This document shows, piece by piece, positions 57,446-64,000 of a stretch of DNA of 64,000 nt. The DNA lies in the IMG/VR virus record IMGVR_UViG_3300004463_001172, positions 1 to 64,000 of that record; one strand, given 5' to 3'. The notes beneath the pieces were generated by a model, which was not told where the DNA came from, did not search any database, and worked only from the letters and a program-made list of their open reading frames with translations. The translations under genes were made by a program, and so were the position numbers. Every line of letters begins with the position of its first letter. The stretch's first letter is position 1. The DNA comes from a virus.

Positions 57446-59314
57446 CTATATAGTGAGAGAAGAAGCAGAAGTTGATGCAACAAATCCACGATAGTCTAAT
57501 ATTGATAAACCCCATATGTGCCGTATTTTATACGTTATTTTATCTGCGTCCATCATTGCAGATCCACTGACGTTCTCTTGATCGCTCACAAAGATTTCCG
57601 GGTCTTCGTTACCTCTGAAGAATCCGACTTCAAACGTGGGCACGTCCCGAGGGTCAGCAATGAGGTACCATCGGTTTCCGTTCGTCCAATAGGGGATTTG
57701 GACCGGTACCATGCCGAACCGTTGAAACAGGTTGGCATCGTTATCTGTGGTAAATGGCTCTCCCCGTGTGGTTTCAGTAAGCTTCCCTGCCGCTCTCCAG
57801 AGCTGCCGAGGATGAATCAGGAAGCGTGGGGTTAAGCCTAAGAGTTCCACGCTATTGCCATAGGCGGTTTGTCCACCCAAGAGCTGAATCGCGGCGTCGA
57901 GACCATCCGCATTCAGCGGGTTATTGACCGCCAAGTTCGCATGTCCTGTGGTAAATACAGAGGTCGTATCTCCGTCAAACGCCAGGGCAATATTCTGATC
58001 CAACATATCGAAGAACCCACGGAATAAGGTTTGTGCTGCCGCACGGCCTAGACGCTGAGGAATCCGACGAATGACTTGGATGTCGTCGTTCGCCATGGCT
58101 TCCATGGTGATGGTCTCTAGCCCACCACGTTTGACCAGCCGATAGGTGGACTCCTCATCATCAGGCGTCGGCAGTGGTGTGTAGCTGATCCCTTCAGGCA
58201 CGACGGGTAGTACCCCATAGCCCCCGAAGCGGAGCCGGCGTTGCAGCCGGAAATCATTGATGGTACTAATTTCCGAGGTGAGCTGGCGCCATAGCTGCAA
58301 TTCAGGAATGCGATACTCGGCGAGGACACGCCTGGTAATACTGTCCCCCATCATCTGCGCCCAGGTCGTGGTCGAGATCGCTTCTGTTAAGCGGCCATCC
58401 GCCTGTGCTCCATAGCGGCCATGAGAATCGTACTTGCCGCCTTCAATGGGCACCTGCATTTCGCGCATGACTCGTAGCGGATCCCACCGCTTGCCCATCA
58501 TGCGCTCATAGGCTTCTTGGAGCGACCGGAAGCGCTTGACCGCACTTCCATCCTTACCCTTTTGATCTTCACCTGCCCAGAAGCCGTCAAAGGCAGTACA
58601 GAGCTTATCGAACTCGCTCTCGATGATCTTTGCCCGCAGCCGCTCTTGCCCGGGGAGGTAGACTTCCCCATCGCCATTGGTGCCGAGGGGGCCAATCACG
58701 TCCCAGTAATCGTTGATCGCTTCTTCCAAGGCGGCTTCGCTAAAGACCTGCCCCTTGAATTGTTTCTCTAGCTTTTGCTGCGCCTTGGGAGGCAAGCCCG
58801 AGTCCATCAGCTTTTCCTTCAGCATGACGGTACACTCCGCGAGCTTGACCCGATGCTCCCAGCGCTCTTCAATCGCTTCAATGGCGGTTTGGCGGGTTTT
58901 ATTGGTTTGGGAAAGCTGTAAGTCTGCCACGGCTTCCGCCTCATCTTGTGTGGCACAATTGGCAATCAAGTTGCCTTCCTGCAAGACAATCCAGCGATCC
59001 TGGCGGGGTTTCACTTCGATACCGGCTTGCAAGCGGCTGAGATTCGGCGCGACGTCGTCTTCGCTGCGCTTGGCGGGTAGGGTTTCAGGCTTGGCCGATT
59101 CCTTGAGAGACTTCTCGGCTTCGGCAATGGCATCTTCGAGTTTGTCGAGATCAAAGGCTACGTCTTTGAAGGCCTTTTTGAGGGCTCGTTGGGTATCGAG
59201 CGGCAGGCTACTTTCGCGGAGCCGTTCGCTCATCAGCATCTGAGCGCGGAGCGCGTCTTGCTCGGTTTTCATCTGCTGCAACAGCTCTAAGACATTGGTA
59301 TCCGTTCCTGGCAT
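57446..59314 (-). CDS. Major capsid protein (Mu gpT-like) with N-terminal scaffold region
   Basis: INDFR..LPVVPEG..ITMEAMANDDI..LGRAAAQT..PRFLIHP..KIRHIWG..DYRG. Confidence 0.85.
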   Translation of the reverse strand: MPGTDTNVLELLQQMKTEQDALRAQMLMSERLRESSLPLDTQRALKKAFKDVAFDLDKLEDAIAEAEKSLKESAKPETLPAKRSEDDVAPNLSRLQAGIEVKPRQDRWIVLQEGNLIANCATQDEAEAVADLQLSQTNKTRQTAIEAIEERWEHRVKLAECTVMLKEKLMDSGLPPKAQQKLEKQFKGQVFSEAALEEAINDYWDVIGPLGTNGDGEVYLPGQERLRAKIIESEFDKLCTAFDGFWAGEDQKGKDGSAVKRFRSLQEAYERMMGKRWDPLRVMREMQVPIEGGKYDSHGRYGAQADGRLTEAISTTTWAQMMGDSITRRVLAEYRIPELQLWRQLTSEISTINDFRLQRRLRFGGYGVLPVVPEGISYTPLPTPDDEESTYRLVKRGGLETITMEAMANDDIQVIRRIPQRLGRAAAQTLFRGFFDMLDQNIALAFDGDTTSVFTTGHANLAVNNPLNADGLDAAIQLLGGQTAYGNSVELLGLTPRFLIHPRQLWRAAGKLTETTRGEPFTTDNDANLFQRFGMVPVQIPYWTNGNRWYLIADPRDVPTFEVGFFRGNEDPEIFVSDQENVSGSAMMDADKITYKIRHIWGLSILDYRGFVASTSASSLTI

Positions 59315-59543
59315 GTACGGCGATCCTCATGCATCGAGGACTGGTCAGCGACTGACAATGTGGCGCTCCGCTGACGAGCGCAGGGTAAAGAAAGGGGAGG
59401 GGCCTCTCCCTCTTCCCTAGTCACTACTTATGGATGTCTTCTCTTCCATTCTATGCCGTCCATGCTATAATCTTAGATAGCCAATGAGATGAGCTGCGGC
59501 ATGATGGCACAAACTGAGACATCTCATGATGAGACCTTACAAG

Positions 59544-61046
59544 CTAAGACCTGTTACCTTCTGGGATCACCGCGAGAATCCTGCTGGAGACGGCTCGTTT
59601 CTCCGCTGTGGTACCTGGAAGGTCATCGAGTGCTTCCTTGATCGTCATCTCAACTGTCATCCGCCGTAAATCTCTTCGTAGCCCTTCAATGAGTGCCATC
59701 TGTGTTTGCTCAGCTTCCCGCTCACGTTCAGCCTGGGCAATCGCTACACTTGCGACGATTCGTAGGAACTGTCCACCAGCTGCGGCGTGGGTTACGAGAT
59801 CGACACTATTGACCTGACGAATGGCATCGACATGCAAGACTTGCTTTCCACCCGATTCTGTATGATGGGCGTCCCCAGATGAATCAATACTCAGCCCGTA
59901 AGGGAAGACGTACCCTTTCTCCGCTAGGTAGCGTAAATTGTTGCGAAGCCAATCGGCGGAAGGTAAGAGCCGTAATGTCCCCACGAGTCGAGAGCCCTCA
60001 ATCATTGGTTGGGTGAGCACACCAATCAGGTCACGGCTATAACCTTTTGGATTGACACGATACTCTTCATCACTCAGATGATCAAAGACCGGCTTTCCCT
60101 TTAAAGTCCGGTCATACGCATAACAGCGTGCTCCTTCAAACAATGGCGCCGCTTTCCGCAGCACATCGAGTGAATACAGCCGATCATTCTTCGATATGCC
60201 TGCTTCGATAATCGCCACTTTCCACTCGCGGCCATCTGCACCAGACTCTTGCAGAATCGTCATCGTTTCATGGAGCGCTAACGGTTCGCCGTCGATATAG
60301 GATTCTGTAATACTGACCGTCTCGGCTGGCTCTCCATGATACCCTTGCAACATTTGCTGTTGCGGGTCATTTGCTTGGGCTTCTTCAGCTTGTTTCTGCT
60401 GTTCGGCCTGAATCTCTTTGGGTGACTGCCCGCGTAACCGCTTCAGAATATCTAAGACCGTATCAAACTCTTGATAATCCGAATCTTTATGGCGTTGTCC
60501 GGCCTCTTGAAGCGCATCCTCGACCTTTATGGCTTCGATCGCTTCTTGTATCGTATCGTACCGTACCGATTCCTCCATCTCCTGTGCCGCACCAATCTTT
60601 GGCACCAAGCGATTAATCAGGCTCGTCAAGGCATCACGCTCGCCCGAGGTCATTTCTAATTCCCGGCGTCCCAGGAGGTTCAGTGCTGAGTAAATGGCTT
60701 CCTTGTAGCACTCTTCATGGTGCTGCCTGACAGGTTCAGGCATGTCATACTGTTCGGTGAGCGGAACAGGATCTACCGCTGTCAGTGCCGCGACTGTTGC
60801 ATCCACCCATGCTTGCGCCGCCGCATCTAAGATCACATCTGGCTCGGACTCTTTGATCCGGTGCCACTTTCCCTCTTTGTCTTGTTCGTAGAGCTTCTTC
60901 ACGGCGGCGAATGCCACCGCAAATTGTCGAGACTCATCATCATACGACTTCGCCGCACTGTTAAAGGCCGCCATAAAAATACGCTTAGCATGCGCTGGCA
61001 TATCCTTTGTGCTGGCAGGAAGCTCTTTGACGCTTTTATAAGGCAT
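59544..61046 (-). CDS. ChaB domain fused to a prohead-protease-like domain
   Basis: N-terminal MPY....LP..AKRIFMAAFN..AFAAVKK..GKW (ChaB); C-terminal GISKNDRLYS..GLSID..SVDLVTHAAAGG. Confidence 0.8.
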   Translation of the reverse strand: MPYKSVKELPASTKDMPAHAKRIFMAAFNSAAKSYDDESRQFAVAFAAVKKLYEQDKEGKWHRIKESEPDVILDAAAQAWVDATVAALTAVDPVPLTEQYDMPEPVRQHHEECYKEAIYSALNLLGRRELEMTSGERDALTSLINRLVPKIGAAQEMEESVRYDTIQEAIEAIKVEDALQEAGQRHKDSDYQEFDTVLDILKRLRGQSPKEIQAEQQKQAEEAQANDPQQQMLQGYHGEPAETVSITESYIDGEPLALHETMTILQESGADGREWKVAIIEAGISKNDRLYSLDVLRKAAPLFEGARCYAYDRTLKGKPVFDHLSDEEYRVNPKGYSRDLIGVLTQPMIEGSRLVGTLRLLPSADWLRNNLRYLAEKGYVFPYGLSIDSSGDAHHTESGGKQVLHVDAIRQVNSVDLVTHAAAGGQFLRIVASVAIAQAEREREAEQTQMALIEGLRRDLRRMTVEMTIKEALDDLPGTTAEKRAVSSRILAVIPEGNRS

Positions 61047-61049
61047 ACG

Positions 61050-61178
61050 CTATGCCTCCACTTCTTCTTTCTCATCGTCGTCGGGCTTCTCGGCGGGTGT
61101 TTGCTCGGTATGCTCGACGTGATGCTCTTCATGATGCGTTTCGTGGGTTTCTTCCTGGGGATATTCGTGCTCAGGCAT
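61050..61178 (-). CDS. His/Glu-rich 42-aa peptide (not in the ORF track)
   Basis: AAGGAGG RBS; MPEHEYPQEETHETHHEEHHVEHTEQTPAEKPDDDEKEEVEA. Confidence 0.7.
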   Translation of the reverse strand: MPEHEYPQEETHETHHEEHHVEHTEQTPAEKPDDDEKEEVEA

Positions 61179-61204
61179 GAGCGGCCTCCTTACAGGCTAG
61201 ACAT

Positions 61205-61251
61205 AAAAAAAGGGGCGATGCGTCCTGATAACTCAGGAAAACATCGCCCCT
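61205..61251 (-). terminator. Intrinsic terminator at the head of the late operon
   Basis: AGGGGCGATG/CATCGCCCCT stem followed by a T-tract. Confidence 0.8.
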
Positions 61252-61275
61252 CGGTTCTTCCGTTAGGCGTGAAAG

Positions 61276-61455
61276 CTAATCGAATTTAATCGTTTGGGTC
61301 ACTTCCTCGACAAATGCCGGCAGTCCATCCCGAACCACCAGCCGCTGAATCGTGCCGAACCGGAGCTGCCGCACTAGTGCTAAGAGCTTCTGCTCCGCGG
61401 GATGCAGCCCCAAGACTTGCAATTCTAGCGGAATCTCGATTGGACACGGCTTCAG
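61276..61455 (-). CDS. YezD/DUF2292-like small protein (possible CTG start; not in the ORF track)
   Basis: LLALVRQLRFGTIQRLVVRDGLPAFVEEVTQTIKFD; AAGGGGA 6 nt before CTG. Confidence 0.65.
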   Translation of the reverse strand: MKPCPIEIPLELQVLGLHPAEQKLLALVRQLRFGTIQRLVVRDGLPAFVEEVTQTIKFD

Positions 61456-61520
61456 TGGATATCCCCTTTAGTAAAGAGGTATAACCGTTAATTTGTCAAG
61501 GAGTATTTTCAACAATACTC

Positions 61521-62426
61521 TTATGCTGCCTGAGAATGATCGATCTCGTCCTCTAAGGGAATCGGCAACCCTGATACGACAGGGAACCGTTCTGCGTTCG
61601 AAGCCGGCCAGCGTATCTGCCTCACATTTTCACCACAGAAATACGCATTCCACCCTTTGATCACCAACGCCCAGAGATATTTGGGCGGTAATTTTGCTGT
61701 AGCATTTGCATTATCTTGCAACCGTTCCCGCAGCGCATAAATGGCATTACCTTTTTGGAGATTTTCACCTGAGATCAGAAACTCGAAAAACTCATCTGCA
61801 AGTTCGGCATCGGCACGCTTAAACAAGTAATACAGAAAGGCTGCATGCGACGGTTGCAGAAGATGTTTTTTGGAGACAGCATACCCAATTCGAATACTCT
61901 CGTGGATGCTAGGATTCCCCCGTAAGCACTCAAATAACTGCGGGATACTCCCTCGCTGAAAGATATCTGGCCATGTGCCTTGCTTAAATGCCCATAAGAG
62001 CTTTGTCGCCGCTCCAGTTGGGCTTGCGTTATTATATCCCTGGATTGCAATTGCGTCGGCGAATGTCCGACTCTTCCCTGAATCAGCAATCAACCGAGCT
62101 TCAGATGGATAGCCACGCCCGACGAGCATTTCTACTTCAATACCAGGCTGCAACTTATCCGCTTCAGAGACAGCATTAAGGCGATGGAATCCATCAATCA
62201 ACTCTTCCTTCCCAGCGTCATCGAATGAGAACTTAATGATCGATTCATAGGGTACCCACGGCCCCTCCACCATCATTTCCGCTAGGCGTCTAACCCGTGC
62301 TTTCTCTAAATATCGATTCTTTCCTCCAGAGGTTAGATACTTTTGTGCAGTGGCTGCATTGATACGCTCTAGCTGTAGGTTTTGCAGGTTTTGTAACGCT
62401 TCTTGCGCATCGATTACTTTAGGCAT
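61521..62426 (-). CDS. ParB-N-like domain protein
   Basis: KNR..V..L...M..G.W..I.F..LIDGFHRLNAV..D.G..RTFAD. Confidence 0.65.
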   Translation of the reverse strand: MPKVIDAQEALQNLQNLQLERINAATAQKYLTSGGKNRYLEKARVRRLAEMMVEGPWVPYESIIKFSFDDAGKEELIDGFHRLNAVSEADKLQPGIEVEMLVGRGYPSEARLIADSGKSRTFADAIAIQGYNNASPTGAATKLLWAFKQGTWPDIFQRGSIPQLFECLRGNPSIHESIRIGYAVSKKHLLQPSHAAFLYYLFKRADAELADEFFEFLISGENLQKGNAIYALRERLQDNANATAKLPPKYLWALVIKGWNAYFCGENVRQIRWPASNAERFPVVSGLPIPLEDEIDHSQAA

Positions 62427-62474
62427 ATCTTTACCCTCACGCAACGAGTTTAACCCTTGAGCCCACTGAATGTG

Positions 62475-63065
62475 CTAGCATTCAATGGGCTCTCTTATTT
62501 TAGGGACTTCCTCTTCTAGGCTCATTAAGAACCCAAGGGTTGTTTCAAGTCTTGTATGCCCCATTTCCCTCTGTAATAGACGGAGTACTCTCAGCATAAA
62601 TTTGAGGTCCATGCCCTCCTTTCTCGCCAGCCGAATGGCTCGCGTTTTCAGTAGAGACATTGGCACCACGCGCCCAGATAACCCAGAAGCCTTCGCTGCA
62701 CTTGATACAATCTGCCATATCTGAGTTCGGCTTATAGGTGCCGAAAACCGGCCTTTACGGCTACCCGCCATAAACGTCTTTGGGCCAAACCCTGCACCAA
62801 CCCGTTTCCGTAACTCCGTAATCCATGTATGTGTTACAAGTATTCCATCCGGTGATAGTGTGACAAAAGGCTGCATGAGCCCATCAGTATTTATGACGTC
62901 TCCAACCTGAATTTTGGCTACCTCGCTATTCCGATATCCCAATTCCAGCATCACATGAATAATCCATTGATCTCGCCGCCAATATTCAGAAGACTTTACG
63001 CTTGAGAGAACTGACTTAACCTCTAGACGTGTAAGGCTTTTAGCTGGACCAGGAAGGTTCTTCAT
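62475..63065 (-). CDS. Tyrosine-recombinase-fold protein, apparently inactive
   Basis: LGYRNSEVAKIQVGDV; PMSLLKT; MGHTRLETTLGFL. Confidence 0.75.
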   Translation of the reverse strand: MKNLPGPAKSLTRLEVKSVLSSVKSSEYWRRDQWIIHVMLELGYRNSEVAKIQVGDVINTDGLMQPFVTLSPDGILVTHTWITELRKRVGAGFGPKTFMAGSRKGRFSAPISRTQIWQIVSSAAKASGLSGRVVPMSLLKTRAIRLARKEGMDLKFMLRVLRLLQREMGHTRLETTLGFLMSLEEEVPKIREPIEC

Positions 63066-63173
63066 GACATTTAGTTTCCTCCTATGTGTGATATAGGGCA
63101 ACTAGTTATATTCACAGCAAACCAGTAGAATAACCGTAATCTCATGCGCGTTGTACCGCACACTCACTGGCCT

Positions 63174-63488
63174 TTATCGCCCCTCACGTCGATAAGCCTG
63201 CTCTCGCCGCCACGCGGCTTCCATTTGCCGAAAGAGGGGTTGCGATACTAAGACATAGTCACCGACGGGCGTCCCAATGACACTGCTGGCATCCATCACC
63301 TCGACAAAGATCGGCCAGCCGAATTGCTGCGGGGGGTCCAAGAGGACTTGCGTGCGCTCGCTCGCGGCGGCCACGACCGTCAGGCGCCGCAGCCATAAGG
63401 GCTCCCCATCCAACTGAATGCTTGTGCGGGTTCCATAATTGCCAATCTGGATCCGGATGCATCCCTCAGCCATTATTCCCTCGGTCAT
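63174..63488 (-). CDS. Hypothetical protein
   Basis: ATGA-coupled ORF. Confidence 0.5.
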   Translation of the reverse strand: MTEGIMAEGCIRIQIGNYGTRTSIQLDGEPLWLRRLTVVAAASERTQVLLDPPQQFGWPIFVEVMDASSVIGTPVGDYVLVSQPLFRQMEAAWRREQAYRREGR

Positions 63489-63769
63489 GACGTAAAGAGT
63501 GTGTCGAGATCACCTTCCCCCAACCGGCTCAGATCTGGATTATATGCCACCAACCGGTTCCATTCGGGTCCTGGGCGTACAGCATCGGCTTTCATCAGGA
63601 GCCGTAAGTCTTCCTTCGCGTCTGGTCCCAATGGCGGTCCTATCGGGCGTACCTCCTCCCAGCGTGGCCCTACCTGAAGGATGCCTACCGCCAGGCAGTA
63701 ATGAAGGAGGAGCATCCCCTGATATGGAATATGGGGTATCGGCGTCTTCCACGTCGGATTCATCGCCAC
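63485..63769 (-). CDS. Hypothetical protein
   Basis: GAGGAG RBS, GTG start. Confidence 0.5.
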   Translation of the reverse strand: MAMNPTWKTPIPHIPYQGMLLLHYCLAVGILQVGPRWEEVRPIGPPLGPDAKEDLRLLMKADAVRPGPEWNRLVAYNPDLSRLGEGDLDTLFTS

Positions 63770-63799
63770 TCCTCTGCATAGTGCATAGAGCCTAGCCCT

Positions 63800-63982
63800 T
63801 CACATGCATCTCGCGTCAGGCGTCTTGGTGAGCGTGCAGGCCTTCTGGAGCTGATTCACGATCCGCAACAGGAACGTCACATCTTCCGCATAACATTGTG
63901 GCCAATTGCCATCGTCCGCTAACGCTCGTGCCTGAATCGCTAAGGCCTTTATCTCAGTTAAGCGCTGTACTTTATCCTTCAA
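63800..63982 (-). CDS. Hypothetical protein
   Basis: Short ORF at the window edge. Confidence 0.35.
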   Translation of the reverse strand: MKDKVQRLTEIKALAIQARALADDGNWPQCYAEDVTFLLRIVNQLQKACTLTKTPDARCM

Positions 63983-64000
63983 ACGGCCTATGACTAATGG

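Noticed and set aside
59315-59543. Second group I intron between protease and capsid
   Set aside because: No R/S (P7) elements or splice-site geometry found
62475-63065. Functional integrase with an att site
   Set aside because: Catalytic residues are missing, and no tRNA or att-like repeat was seen

Overview
A 64-kb segment of a tailed (siphovirus-like) phage or prophage. Almost all genes are on the minus strand and form a late operon read right to left: small regulators and an apparently catalytically dead tyrosine recombinase, ChaB-protease, Mu gpT-like major capsid, decoration and head-tail genes, an embedded glycosyltransferase/methyltransferase/radical-SAM cluster, HK97-gp10-like protein, tail tube, frameshifted tail chaperone, a 2294-aa tape measure, tail tip and fibre genes, about 14 kb of signal-peptide-bearing FN3/LamG/beta-helix proteins, and small membrane and lipoprotein genes. 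Plus-strand inserts include four free-standing HNH homing endonucleases. The most striking locus is 1-813: a stand-alone Cas7/RAMP-like gene followed directly by two non-coding arrays with strict 5-nt periodicity (GGC/GGA + variable dinucleotide) and shared termini. This is a candidate RNA-guided system that is not CRISPR. A third, orphan AGY-NN pentamer array with a hairpin lies at 46449-46560. An ORF-less group I intron (22703-22958) splits a virion gene. All product calls come from motif recognition by eye; no database searches were run.
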